Origin: Candidatus Thalassarchaeaceae archaeon
Lineage (GTDB): Archaea > Thermoplasmatota > Poseidoniia > Poseidoniales > Thalassarchaeaceae
Direction of reading: 5' to 3'
Length of the DNA stretch: 64,000 bases
Assembly (NCBI GenBank): GCA_045568115.1
Contig: JBJLBO010000001.1
Span: 82,213 to 146,212 of the forward strand
Shown: one piece after another, positions 1 to 11,043 of the stretch
Layout of the letters: every line of letters begins with the position of its first letter
Numbering within the stretch: position 1 is the stretch's first letter
Translations under genes and position numbers: made by a program
Notes under the pieces: generated by a model
The model's input: only the letters and a program-made list of their open reading frames with translations
The model's database searches: none
What the model was told of the DNA's origin: nothing

Positions 1-3000
1 ACTAAGCTCTCATTTTGATCCAGCACCCCATCTCTGTTTATGTCATAACCATCGCCATCGGGATTATTGAGAGCATCTGAGCCATTCATTGGATTAATTC
101 CCTTATTCTTACTAGACCAAGAACATTGGTATCTTGCTTCCCATCCATCTGGAAGGGAGTCGCCATCAGAGTCGGGGTTATTTGGATCCGTTTTAACCCA
201 AGATTCAGCAGCACTAGCATTCTCCCCATGAGTAGGCAACCCTTCCCTGAGGACATTATCTAGTAAATTACCCCAAGAGTATTCACAAAGGTTAGACAAA
301 CCATCATTATCGGCATCCAAATCGGCATCAAGTGGATTTCTTGGGTCAAGAGTCCATTCATTTCCTCCATTATATGAGACACCCACCCATCGCCTATTTT
401 CAATCTCCCAACCGTCAGGCATTCCATCACCGTCGGTATCTGGATTTGAAGGGTCAGTTGGTCCATCTGACCCACCCCCAGAATCAGCTAATATCCAACC
501 TGATGAATGAACTCGGAAGGCATTTTCTCCCTCATCCTCGTCGCAGATGTAGTTTTCATTCGAGTAAAAACAGGAAAAATCTGTAGAATCAATAAACCAG
601 CCCCAGTACTCTTCACCATCTGTTAATCCATCATCATCAGAGTCTAAATTACGAGGATCAGTTCCATTGAATCCATTTTCACTGGAATTAATAAAACGAA
701 ACTCGTCTAGATTAGTCCAGTTTCTATTTATTTCAGTACCATCAAAATAGAATCTTATGCCATCAGAATCGGCATCTCTATTCCTATCGTTTGGATCAGT
801 AGGGTCAAGCCCATAGGCAAATTCCCAACCATCTGACATACCATCTAAATCCGAATCGGAAGATTGAGGATTTATCGGCATAATATTCATGTATCTACCT
901 GGAGAAATACCAGCGAAAACATATTGAGTGCCATTTTCATTGAATGTCGTGAGCGATTTAACGAGGCCCGGGAGTCTGGTATGATTTTCCTCAATACCAA
1001 TTACTCCCACATTGTTACCTTCGAGGCTCCATGTCCCATCTACTGAGCCAAGAATTATTTCATCCTTCAGTGCTAGAATAGAATGTATATCATTTGCCCC
1101 ATCCTCCCAGCCCTCAATGTTGAACATGCGATCATTTAGGAATGCTTGTCGAGGAAGACCAACGAGCAAATCTAAATCAATGTAATGAAGCCCACCAGGA
1201 GTCCCCATCCAAACCCCAGTCACCTCTGATAATGAGCCATCAGCGACTATAGGTCCAGCGGGTTCCATAACATTAACAACTGCAGATTTAGAAGAGTTTA
1301 GGAGATCTGCAAAATGAACAAAATCTTCTGCGTCTTCAGTGGTGTATATCCAGAAAGGAGAGCCTGCAGATGTAGTTCCATCAATGGTATCCCAACGAAT
1401 AAGACCAGAATCTGTTCCAACAAGAAGCATTGGTCCACGACCTGACATTTCAATATGAATTCCAGTCGTCAATGAAGCAGATGATTCGGATAATAATTCA
1501 ATTAATGGAGATACTGGCTCAATTGAAGAAAATGACGGAGGATGACCATCCTGAGTTGATGATGTGACTGAAGTCATCCATACATTTGCTCCATTCCCGA
1601 GTAACAATAAATCTAAGTTTCCACTTCCAGTTTCCATCTTAATTATCGATTTAACCGCGCCAATATCTGAATTAGTCATGGAATCCATAACTGGAAGACC
1701 ATTATTCATAGTGATACTATGGATTCCATGATTTGTTCCTATCAGAATTATGTCGCTGGTCCCAGTAGTCCATCTAATCATCGTATTCATTTTGTATTCA
1801 ACTGGTATCTCGTATCCATGACTATCACCCGAAAATGGATTTATGATTGTGAGTCCATATGAAGAGCCGACAATTAGGCGGTCGCGCCCCTGATCTGTAA
1901 TGACTGTGTGAACACCACCATCTACTAGCGGAGTACTACTAGATTGATCAAAGAAAAGAACATCTCCATCGGATTGTCCCTTGATTGAACCTCTTAAACC
2001 TGGTTTAACCCAGTTTCCACTATCTAGATGAACTAAGTATTCCTCATAATTACTAAATGATTCACCCCAAATTGCAGTTGCAGTAGATGAATCAGGAATG
2101 ATGAATCCGTCCCTATTAATATCCCAACCATCCATATCGCTATCAATTATTGAATCACTTGCGTTACGTGGATCTAAACCATAGTGAGCCTCCCAACCAT
2201 CTGGGATTCCATCTCCTGGAATTGCCAGACTAACAGGGAGGAGTTCACTCCAAGTATAGTAATCCGAATCACTTCTACGTGGGTCAGAACCAAGCCAGCC
2301 ATCATCTCCAGTAGGTCGTTCAATCTCTTTTTGGCACGCTTCCTCATGCAGATTCGGAATTTTCCCAGCACACCACAAACCATCTCTTTCTGTAATCCAC
2401 CCCTCAGGTGCACCAAACCAATATTCCTCTGAATTAGTGTATCTCTCTCCAATGTCTATTTCACCATCTCGATTCACATCAAATCCATCGCCACATCCCC
2501 ACTGACTAGCCTGCCTAATACACAAATCAGAGTCATCGGTTAAATCGTTATCATTTAGTGGATCGAAATAATTACAAGTCCATGAATTAGTTATTTGATC
2601 TTGGAATCCAGCTCCACCTTCGGTACACATGTAAATCTCGTACCCATCTGGTAAACCATCTCCATCGGTATCAGAAACTCGAGGGTCTAGATATTCCCTA
2701 AACCCAGATTCAGTTTCATCTGGTGGTTTTCCTGTAAGTGAAAGTCTTTTTGAAAAACATGTATCTAATGTCCATGGCCAACAATATTCCATTAATGCAC
2801 TCGCACCATCATTATCCAAATCACTTACATTGTCGGTTCCGTTCATTGGATCTAGACCATTAATGATTATTTCACCAAATGGAGTTTCAATAGTTCTTGA
2901 ATCTCCGAAAATCACTTCATGGACATCAGGTATTCGATCCTCATCTTGATCAACTGCAACTAACCCCTCTCCTGTTGTATCTATCGGATCGATAGAGGAC

Positions 3001-3090
3001 ACAGGTGACTGAGGACGAGTTTGGGAGATGAAGACTAGGCTACTTAGAATAAGTAGTGTTACTAAGAATGCCGTCTGTTTGCGACGCATG
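1..3090 (-). CDS. Large secreted Ca-binding surface protein with thrombospondin type 3-like repeats (DxDxDGxxDxxD); start codon at 3088-3090, 3' end runs off the window (partial)
   Basis: Reverse-strand frame is open from the ATG at 3088-3090 to the window edge, so it is absent from the ORF track. N-terminus MRRKQTAFLVTLLILSSLVFIS has a signal-peptide shape. Many DTDGDGLPDGYE / DSDLDGMSDGWE / DPTDPNDRNRDADSDG repeats. The other minus-strand track ORFs here (260..475, 2174..2452) are in a different frame. Translated by eye, so an internal stop is not fully excluded. Confidence 0.6.
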
Positions 3091-3266
3091 ATATGACCTG
3101 GCCCTATAATATCAAGCGCTCTTGCTTGACTTATGATGGTGATGGAGCGTCGTTCGGACACAAATTAGAATTCGTAATTAATAAGCCACCTCATAATACT
3201 GGAATAATAAGTTTGGATTGATTCTATAGCGTTCAATAATCTAGTCATTTATTTAATCTATAGAGG

Positions 3267-4115
3267 TTGTTTCAAGTTGTGTATCCCTTCGGCTCTACTG
3301 ATTGGATGAGTCTAGAGATTACACATCTTGGTAGTGGCAGCCGAGGAAATTCAGTTCTATTGCAATCAGATGAGGCAAAGATCCTCATAGACTGCGGTTT
3401 CTCACTCCGGCAGATTGAATCTAGGTTAGCGAAAATTAATGTCTCGGGCGATGAAATAGATGGGATCTTTGTGAGTCATCATCATGGTGATCATTCAAAG
3501 TCTGCAGTACGGGCATCAAAAAAGTGGGAAGCAAGGCTATATTCAAATCTAGAGACAGCCATTAAACTAGGAATTAGACCCATTGAGGAGGTCAGAACCT
3601 TCTCCAATCTAGAGAGAATCCAACTATCTTCAGACCTCAGTATTCTTCCTGTTCCCGTCCCTCATGATGATGCAGAAAATGTAGCATTTATTGCAAGTAA
3701 TGGAGATGGCCAGAGAGCCGCAATAGTAACAGATCTTGGTGAGTCCACTGTTGAATTAATGAAGCACCTTCATGGTTGTGAACATATTTCAATAGAAGCA
3801 AATTATGACCTTGGAAGATTAATGTCTGGTCCTTATCCACCCTCTTTAAAGCGAAGAATCTCGGGGCGCGGTGGGCATTTATCAAACGAACAAACTGCAG
3901 ATATATTATCTGAAATATGCCACCCAAATCTTTCTAGCATTGTTCTTTGCCATCTATCTGAAAAAAACAATGCACCACACCTTGCTGAAAGTGAGGTTCT
4001 CATGGAGATTGAAGGAAGGTTCAATGGAGACTTGTCAATCTCTTTACAAGATGGACCTGAATTCTCTCATTGGATTGGACAAGAAGATTCAGTTTCAGTT
4101 AGAAATATAGATTAA
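3267..4115 (+). CDS. MBL-fold metallo-hydrolase (YycJ/WalJ-like beta-lactamase-fold protein); the real start may be the internal Met at 3306 (MSLEITHLGSGS)
   Basis: HxHxDH motif SHHHGDH. Overall colinearity with YycJ-type MBL proteins (LGSGSxGN...HxHxDH...D...H...GHLSNE). Confidence 0.75.
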   Translation: MFQVVYPFGSTDWMSLEITHLGSGSRGNSVLLQSDEAKILIDCGFSLRQIESRLAKINVSGDEIDGIFVSHHHGDHSKSAVRASKKWEARLYSNLETAIKLGIRPIEEVRTFSNLERIQLSSDLSILPVPVPHDDAENVAFIASNGDGQRAAIVTDLGESTVELMKHLHGCEHISIEANYDLGRLMSGPYPPSLKRRISGRGGHLSNEQTADILSEICHPNLSSIVLCHLSEKNNAPHLAESEVLMEIEGRFNGDLSISLQDGPEFSHWIGQEDSVSVRNID

Positions 4116-6643
4116 TAATGACCCATTATTGCTCTATGTACGGCGTTTTGGACATCTTTCATTCGGTCTACAGCACCTAATTCTCTGAAAACAGTTAGTG
4201 AACGTTGGAGATAATTCATTCTGGCCGAACGGTCTGACTCAACTTCACCCAAACGGGCTAGTAATTCACCCTGAAGTAGACGGAAATCATTTGCTTCTGC
4301 AACAACAAGACCATCGAGATAATGTTCTGCTGCCTCAGATTTTCTACCAACGTCACTCAGAACTTGTCCTAGAAGAATCTCGACCTCTACTGCACTATGA
4401 GGATCAGTTGCTTCTGAGAGAATCTCGAGGGCTGCAGAATAATGAAGAAGGGCGAGGTCATTATCCTTAATTTTAGCATAATATCTACCTAATACGGCCC
4501 TACTGCGAGCATGCAAAGATTCCTGATCATTTTCCTTAGTCTCATCATGAGCAGTCATTGCATGGTCTCTAGCTCTATCTAACTCATCCATTTCAAGGAA
4601 GGCAGCAGCTAACCTAATCCTTGCGTCCATTAACTCTGGATTCATCTCTACATCTAATAATTCTTCAACATTGCCGTACACTTCTAGAGCATGTCTAGTA
4701 TCTCTGCGTCTTCGGAAAATATACCCCATATTGATGTATGATTTTGCTGCACCAACCGCGTCTCTGCTAGATACCTGTATTTCCAGAGCTTGACTATGTA
4801 AGGCTAGGGCATCATCCATGGCACCGCGCTTTACTGCAATATCAGCACGTGCTGATAGCAAACTTGCAAGTCTGGAAATTTGCTTGTTCTTTCGTGCAAT
4901 TGGAATTGCGGCATCATATTCCTTTTCTGCCTCATCCCATCGCCCTTGTATAGATAGAATATCGCCTCTTAATTCTCGTATGAAACCCCAATTTAGTGGT
5001 TCAAATCCATCTGAATCGAGTCCTCGAAGGATTCCTAATAATTCTGTATGACCAGCCTTAACTAATCCACTACCTTCTTCCATTAGAACTTCGGCAAGTT
5101 GATCATAATCATTTGAAGCATCAAGATGGTGAATGAACTCTATCTTCTCAGCGGCAGAATTACTTCTTTTTCTATACCACTCAACCGCATTAGAATGAAG
5201 TTCCATCTTGAGAGAATCATCCATTGATCTAACTAAGAATTCTCTGACTAAATCATGCACATCATAATTTTCAGAATCGACACGGCGGGCGAGGCCTTTC
5301 TCTACCAATTCATCTAGAAGGTTAATATCAGCATTAAGTCCACTTAATGATTCAAGAGGCATGGGTTCCCTAAATACAGCGATTGCGCCCAATAGCCGCT
5401 TTTGCGAACCTGATAGTTTGCTAAAAATTTCTTTCTCAACAAATGCCTCTAAAGTGGCGTGGAAGGTCTCGCCAACGCTACCTCTATTGATTAGTTCTAG
5501 AACTAAAGGATGGCCTCGAGATAGTGTGTAAATATGCAAGAATTGTTGTAATTCAATATCTGGCATTGCTGACAGTATCTGTCTGCTAGAATCCTGATCA
5601 AGACCTTCTAACGGAATAAAGTGGGTTAACAAATTTCCTGAAGAGTCATTCTCGGGGACAATCATCCTAAATGAACGAGTGAACATTGCTAAACCAAATT
5701 CATCAGACTCAGGTACTTTGATTGCAATGGCCCTTAATATTGCAAAGAGGTTTTCATCAGCAACCTTGTGTAAATCATCAATGACAATTAATGCGGGAGA
5801 ATTATTCAGTCCTTCGATTAACATATTGGCTACAATTGTTGCCTGAGGGACTGCAGAAGATGAGATATAGTCGCCTAAATCACTACTACCAATCATTGAT
5901 AGCCATTCTGAGCAAGTCTCTAGAAAGGCTCTAGACCCTTCCCAATCTTGACATCGATGATACAGAAGATTACGACGATGTGTAAATCTTTCAATTAATT
6001 TCGCTGCTAATGCAGTCTTTCCAATTCCAGCAATTCCAGGAACAAGAAGTGTTGTGGAGCCGGCTTCCAAAATTTTAGCCATCTTTGAAATTTCATCCTC
6101 ACGCCCGTAAAATCGGCGGAGACGCGGTAAATCATTTAGTGAACTAACTAATTGTTTCTCAATATGTTTTGATAAATCTCTCTCAATTAAATCAGGAGAA
6201 AGTGAAGACAAATCAATAGTTCCGCTATCATCGATATAACGAAGAATGTCTACATGTCTGAGAGGCAACTCTGTAATTTGTAATGCTAATTGCAATTCAA
6301 CCATTTCAGATCTACCATCTGGATGGATTATTTTTACTGGTTGCTCACTTACTTTAGACCAGATTTGATCAGCTAGTTTAACACCCTCTGCAGTTAGAAA
6401 GTATGCTTTCCTCTTCCTTGAAACTCCAGACACATGGGCCTGCCTCTCAATAAGATGACCGGTTTCCTTCATGCCTGAAATTGCTCGGGGAACATTTGAC
6501 CTTGCAATAGCTACGGCATTAGCAATTCCCATTTGCGAAATAGCAAATGGAACTTCCACCTTGTCGGCATAATCAGCATAGTCTCTAAGATGAAGAAGAA
6601 TCCTTTCCTGAACCCCTGGTCGAGGCACAGCCATGCTAGTCAT
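4112..6643 (-). CDS. STAND-class P-loop NTPase with N-terminal winged-HTH (MarR/ArsR-like) and C-terminal TPR-like repeats; putative signal-transducing regulator
   Basis: Walker A GIAGIGKTALAAK and Walker B ALIVIDDLH in the middle of the protein. N-terminal about 100 aa looks like a wHTH. C-terminal third has repeated TPR-like A/L/Y-rich helices (AAKSYINMGYIF..., LGRYYAKIKDNDLALLHYSAALEI). Confidence 0.65.
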   Translation of the reverse strand: MTSMAVPRPGVQERILLHLRDYADYADKVEVPFAISQMGIANAVAIARSNVPRAISGMKETGHLIERQAHVSGVSRKRKAYFLTAEGVKLADQIWSKVSEQPVKIIHPDGRSEMVELQLALQITELPLRHVDILRYIDDSGTIDLSSLSPDLIERDLSKHIEKQLVSSLNDLPRLRRFYGREDEISKMAKILEAGSTTLLVPGIAGIGKTALAAKLIERFTHRRNLLYHRCQDWEGSRAFLETCSEWLSMIGSSDLGDYISSSAVPQATIVANMLIEGLNNSPALIVIDDLHKVADENLFAILRAIAIKVPESDEFGLAMFTRSFRMIVPENDSSGNLLTHFIPLEGLDQDSSRQILSAMPDIELQQFLHIYTLSRGHPLVLELINRGSVGETFHATLEAFVEKEIFSKLSGSQKRLLGAIAVFREPMPLESLSGLNADINLLDELVEKGLARRVDSENYDVHDLVREFLVRSMDDSLKMELHSNAVEWYRKRSNSAAEKIEFIHHLDASNDYDQLAEVLMEEGSGLVKAGHTELLGILRGLDSDGFEPLNWGFIRELRGDILSIQGRWDEAEKEYDAAIPIARKNKQISRLASLLSARADIAVKRGAMDDALALHSQALEIQVSSRDAVGAAKSYINMGYIFRRRRDTRHALEVYGNVEELLDVEMNPELMDARIRLAAAFLEMDELDRARDHAMTAHDETKENDQESLHARSRAVLGRYYAKIKDNDLALLHYSAALEILSEATDPHSAVEVEILLGQVLSDVGRKSEAAEHYLDGLVVAEANDFRLLQGELLARLGEVESDRSARMNYLQRSLTVFRELGAVDRMKDVQNAVHRAIMGHY

Positions 6644-6703
6644 ATCAGTCGAGCATTACGATTTACTCAAGAACATTCGTACTGAATGAGATGTAATGCA
6701 TCA

Positions 6704-9700
6704 TCACTCAACATAATCTGGGTCGGGAATCCATTCTTGCTTCTGAGAGTCCCATAACCAACCGGGATGTTCTGAGGATTCTCCAACATCTTGTTCAGAT
6801 TCCCCTCCTGAGACTTCCTCTTCGAACTCCTCATCATTTTCAACTTCCAATGAAACTAATCCAGAAAGGTAAAGTCCAGCTCCAATTAACACGATTACCA
6901 CAATCGCAATAATTCCAATTACAGAAATATCCATGCCCTCGCTCTTTATTGACGGAGATATTGGAGTGCCTTCGATTGGAGATGAGCCACTAACCGAGAA
7001 AGTAGGGGCAATAGTTTTTGTAATCATTGAACCTGGAATTCCAATTATCCAAGTTGAATCATTACTAACCACAGTAGAATTTACCTGAATGCCGCCCAAC
7101 TTGACAGTTATCGCTTTCCCAGGAAGTCCTGTCCCTGTAAATACAGCAACTTCATCCGAAGAGAAAGTGGTCTTTTCTGGTTCATTAACTGTGAAAGACA
7201 TTGCCACAATTTCAAAGGATACTGGAGAAGAAATTTCTTTCGAGCCATGCTCATCTGTAGCTACAAATATCACATTATCAAGGGCCCAATTTGCCATATT
7301 ATCGTCATAGAAACGCATTGAGACCGGATCAAATACAGTCTCACCGTCAATTCCTACATTGATTACAACTCCGAACAGATCGTCAGCAGTACCCTCCACT
7401 CCATCATCGTATACAGATACGTAGAGATTTTCTATACCATCTAAGTCATCAAAATAATCGTACAAATTGAATCGAGCCTTTGTACATTGATCAAGAGATT
7501 GTGAATCAATTTCGCAATACAGAGTGTGCTGAGAAACCCAATTCGAATTGTCAAATGTTGGCTGATTATTATTTATTATCAGAGGATTGTCGGCAGTAAT
7601 CTGAATCTCCAACCAATCACTATAATCATAACCATCGTACGACCTTACTCTAATGTCATATTGATGATTATGATCCATATACATTCCAGAGTTCCATTCT
7701 AATATCCAAGAATCATCACTTTCAATATCGCTAACTACTCCATTGTAAACAATAATATTTCCATCTGTGACATCTATTACTTCTATATCCACTCTAGTAA
7801 TTTCTCCATCAAAATCAACAGCTGCACCCTCAATCGTTGTCAGTGGACCTGCAGAGTAGATTTGTCCATCCTGAGGAGAAATGAGGCTGACATATGGCGC
7901 AGAATTCCTATTATCAATTGTCAAGTCAATAACTACCGGAGTGCATTCATCAATTACGCCTAAACAGAAATCAGAGTCTGAAGCCCAAAAAAGGAATGAA
8001 TAATCAGATGATATCCTCGGCATCCCAGAAAAGTCCCATGACCAAGACCACTGAGTCCCACCCTCGGTTTCAGTTACAACGTGATAGTTCGGGCCTTGAA
8101 TTTCAACAAAAATACTAGAGATATCGACTCCACAGTTTGAAGGACATCCATACGAATCCTGAGCAAAACCGTCAAAGTTCACTACACCATCTGAATGTGT
8201 TGAACCCGAACTTGGAGAATTTACACTAATCGCTGGAGCAATTGTGTTCAATTTTATGGTGACACTGATGGTATCTGAGTAAACTAAACCATCAAATGAT
8301 CTAACCTGAAATGTGTAGTCGCCTTCTTGCATATTACTCATATCAATCTCGTAAGACCAACTGCTGAACGGATGATTATTTCTTGATACATGACCAAACT
8401 CAGAACCACTTGTATCTGTAGCAATTCCGGCTTGGCTCCATTCACTAGTAAGTGGATCCTTGACTTCAACAGAGTGGACATAACCTTGTTGATCCCACTG
8501 AGCGAGTTCGTCATTTTCGTAAATCCCTGCCCATTGACCATCAAAAGCAGATCCAGTCAGAGAAACTATTCTCCTAAACGATTTGCCATCATCTTGAGTT
8601 ACTGAAATTGAAGGAGGGAGGTTGACTAATGAAATGGTATCTTGATATGTTTGATCGGAGAGAGTGAATTGCCCCGAATCATAACCAAAACCAAATTTAT
8701 ATGCAGTAAATCTGTAAAGTGATAATTCCCGAGTTCCTGCCGAATGATCACAGTCGGGATCATCAGTATCTAGTAGTAAATCTCCATCATTATCTTCACC
8801 ATCAGAACACGAATCTTCATATTCATCATCTGCAAATCCATCGGGATTGTCTCCCCCTTGAAGTCCTCTAAAGTCAAGATGGAAATTCGAGGCTAGGGCA
8901 AACCACGGAGTATATCCGTCACTATCAGTTTCAAGACTGTAAAGATCATTTCCTAGAGCATCTTCGATCAGAATATTAGCATCCTCAACCCTTTCACCAT
9001 TAACAAGTGTTTGGAATCTTACTAATTCAGCTCTCTGAACTTGGACTGAATATTTAGTAGGTTGAGTGTTTATCTTTATATGAGACAAACTAATCTCTCC
9101 CGATAGATTTGAGAACGTGAAAACAGTAGAATTGTTGTCCATGTTCAAAGCCAATGGGAAGTCTCTTGGAGTATAATCAGGACAAGAGGCACATGCCTTG
9201 ACTTCAGTAGGTATAATTCCATTCTGCCAATTGTTCCCATAATGTGCTTCCTGATCATCCCAACTCAAAATCACAGGAGATTCCCCAGACTGTGGTGTAG
9301 AGATATACTCGGATTGCACTGTAACCGAAGATTTGGAAACATTATATGTTACGTCAACACCATTCCATTCATTATTAGAAAAGAATGCTAATGTCCCATA
9401 CTGCTGTGAACCAGCCTGACCATTGTTGTAATGCTGAAGAATCGCGCCGACACCCGATACATTGAATTCGTTCCGTCTAACATCTAAGATTCCGCCAGTC
9501 GATCTTATGGCGCCGGCTTCTCCAGTTGCACTTATCGCATTGTCGACTATTGTCGCTCCGGTTCTATGGACCATTATGGCAGGACACGGGAAATTCCCAC
9601 CCCACCAAGCATTACTCTGACAAACACTTGAACCATCCATCTCAATTGTGTTATTTGCGAAGTACAGGCGAGCGATACTAGGGGAACCGCCACTGCCATA

Positions 9701-10948
9701 TCTTCCTGCCACAACAGGTTCACGGCCCGTTTGCAGAATCGTATTGTTCTCCGCAACGACATCATATTCATCGAATAACCAAAGGCCATTCCAACCATCG
9801 ATTGGCCCAATTGTATTATTGTGAATATTTGCTATTGAACCCTTAATTGCAATTCCGGAACTATCTCCAGATCCTGAAATCTGATTATTATTTATGTTTA
9901 CAAGCGCATTATCATAGCCAGTTATTCCAGCACCTTCTATGGTTTCAATCAAATTATTTTCGATTTCGACGGTGTATTTTGCCCCACCAACAGATTTCGC
10001 ACCATAAACGTCAATCCCATTACAATTTACGTTAAACGTTACATTAGATACGACTCCGGCAGAACTTCGAATACTAAATCCATAATCGCCACTAATTACT
10101 GCAGAGTCCTCAATCCGAATAAAAGTCTCAGAGGCCCAAATCGCTGAACGTCCACCATCTCTCTGCCCGCATCCATTGTTTGTACTTTGGAAGTGTGAAT
10201 CTCGGAAAATCATAGGAGAAATTGGAGTTCCACCGCCATAAACTTGCACTGCTTGGCCGGCAACATCATTCTCTACGTCATTCCCAGCAATATAATCTCC
10301 ACCTAAAAATATAGGCTGAGCGAGATTAGTTGCTAGAACACTTGATGTTGCAATATTTTCGAAAGTCATCTCTTCCAATGTTGGACTAGCTCCATCAAGA
10401 ATTAGTGCTGCAAATTTATACTGATTTACAAGTTGGACATAAAATGGAATCCCCCAAGCACCTTGAAAGTGTAAATGCTGCATTCCAGACTGTGAAAGAT
10501 CCATTGAATCACGGAGAATAATACCCTCGCCACAAGAAGGATCTTCAATCCAAACCTTATTGCTTCCAGAACCTAACCCATAACATTCACCAGTGGCGCT
10601 TTCATTTTCGGGTTCTTGCCAATCTAGCAAGATAAAAGAAGATTGATCTGCATTAGAACTGGCTCCACAAGCTTGGAGACCAGCACATAGATTCCCACGT
10701 ATATCAAGAGATGTCCCATTAGGGAAGGAGATAATAGAACCCGGTTCTATTATCAGCTTAGCACCAGGAGATACTGTTACATCGCCTGTTAACTGATGTT
10801 GGCCACTCCAGACCTCAGTTCCTGTGATTGTACCGCTAGCAGTCTCATTTGCTGCCATTACTGGATAGGTGGGCCCTAATAGGGCCACCATAGTACTAGA
10901 AATCATCAGAAAAACAAGCATCTGACTTCGTGTTCTATCACCGAACAT
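6704..10948 (-). CDS. Cell-surface protein with right-handed parallel beta-helix (pectin-lyase-fold) repeats, N-terminal signal peptide, C-terminal TM anchor and acidic cytoplasmic tail; rich in N-x-S/T sequons
   Basis: Signal-like N-terminus MLVFLMISSTMVALLG. Repeated NNTI/NNQISGSGDSSGIAIKGS.../IHNNTIGPIDG beta-helix motifs. TM ISVIGIIAIVVIVLIGAGLYL followed by an ~55-aa acidic tail. Confidence 0.6.
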   Translation of the reverse strand: MFGDRTRSQMLVFLMISSTMVALLGPTYPVMAANETASGTITGTEVWSGQHQLTGDVTVSPGAKLIIEPGSIISFPNGTSLDIRGNLCAGLQACGASSNADQSSFILLDWQEPENESATGECYGLGSGSNKVWIEDPSCGEGIILRDSMDLSQSGMQHLHFQGAWGIPFYVQLVNQYKFAALILDGASPTLEEMTFENIATSSVLATNLAQPIFLGGDYIAGNDVENDVAGQAVQVYGGGTPISPMIFRDSHFQSTNNGCGQRDGGRSAIWASETFIRIEDSAVISGDYGFSIRSSAGVVSNVTFNVNCNGIDVYGAKSVGGAKYTVEIENNLIETIEGAGITGYDNALVNINNNQISGSGDSSGIAIKGSIANIHNNTIGPIDGWNGLWLFDEYDVVAENNTILQTGREPVVAGRYGSGGSPSIARLYFANNTIEMDGSSVCQSNAWWGGNFPCPAIMVHRTGATIVDNAISATGEAGAIRSTGGILDVRRNEFNVSGVGAILQHYNNGQAGSQQYGTLAFFSNNEWNGVDVTYNVSKSSVTVQSEYISTPQSGESPVILSWDDQEAHYGNNWQNGIIPTEVKACASCPDYTPRDFPLALNMDNNSTVFTFSNLSGEISLSHIKINTQPTKYSVQVQRAELVRFQTLVNGERVEDANILIEDALGNDLYSLETDSDGYTPWFALASNFHLDFRGLQGGDNPDGFADDEYEDSCSDGEDNDGDLLLDTDDPDCDHSAGTRELSLYRFTAYKFGFGYDSGQFTLSDQTYQDTISLVNLPPSISVTQDDGKSFRRIVSLTGSAFDGQWAGIYENDELAQWDQQGYVHSVEVKDPLTSEWSQAGIATDTSGSEFGHVSRNNHPFSSWSYEIDMSNMQEGDYTFQVRSFDGLVYSDTISVTIKLNTIAPAISVNSPSSGSTHSDGVVNFDGFAQDSYGCPSNCGVDISSIFVEIQGPNYHVVTETEGGTQWSWSWDFSGMPRISSDYSFLFWASDSDFCLGVIDECTPVVIDLTIDNRNSAPYVSLISPQDGQIYSAGPLTTIEGAAVDFDGEITRVDIEVIDVTDGNIIVYNGVVSDIESDDSWILEWNSGMYMDHNHQYDIRVRSYDGYDYSDWLEIQITADNPLIINNNQPTFDNSNWVSQHTLYCEIDSQSLDQCTKARFNLYDYFDDLDGIENLYVSVYDDGVEGTADDLFGVVINVGIDGETVFDPVSMRFYDDNMANWALDNVIFVATDEHGSKEISSPVSFEIVAMSFTVNEPEKTTFSSDEVAVFTGTGLPGKAITVKLGGIQVNSTVVSNDSTWIIGIPGSMITKTIAPTFSVSGSSPIEGTPISPSIKSEGMDISVIGIIAIVVIVLIGAGLYLSGLVSLEVENDEEFEEEVSGGESEQDVGESSEHPGWLWDSQKQEWIPDPDYVE

Positions 10949-10971
10949 GGCTTTGGGGATACTACAGCGGA

Positions 10972-10980
10972 TTTAATTAC
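10972..10980 (-). promoter_or_regulatory. TATA-like element (TAATTAAAT on the minus strand) about 25-30 nt upstream of the 6704..10948 start codon; suggests a leaderless or short-leader archaeal transcript
   Basis: AT-rich octamer at the expected archaeal TATA distance from the ATG. The sequence alone cannot confirm it. Confidence 0.25.
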
Positions 10981-11043
10981 AGTGGTGACAAGTGTGTGGA
11001 ACACAATGATGAGCATTTGGAAATTAAAAGAAAAATAAGAAAG

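Noticed and set aside
4198-4470. 90-aa plus-strand ORF inside the STAND gene, and similar small ORFs (23334..23717, 24526..24918, 53608..53826)
   Set aside because: These are short antisense or out-of-frame ORFs inside longer motif-supported CDSs. There is no independent evidence for them.
4112-6643. STAND NTPase as an Avs-type antiviral defence gene
   Set aside because: The N-terminal domain looks like a DNA-binding wHTH, not a nuclease/protease/TIR/SIR2 effector, and no other defence genes flank it. It is kept as a regulator hypothesis in the findings.
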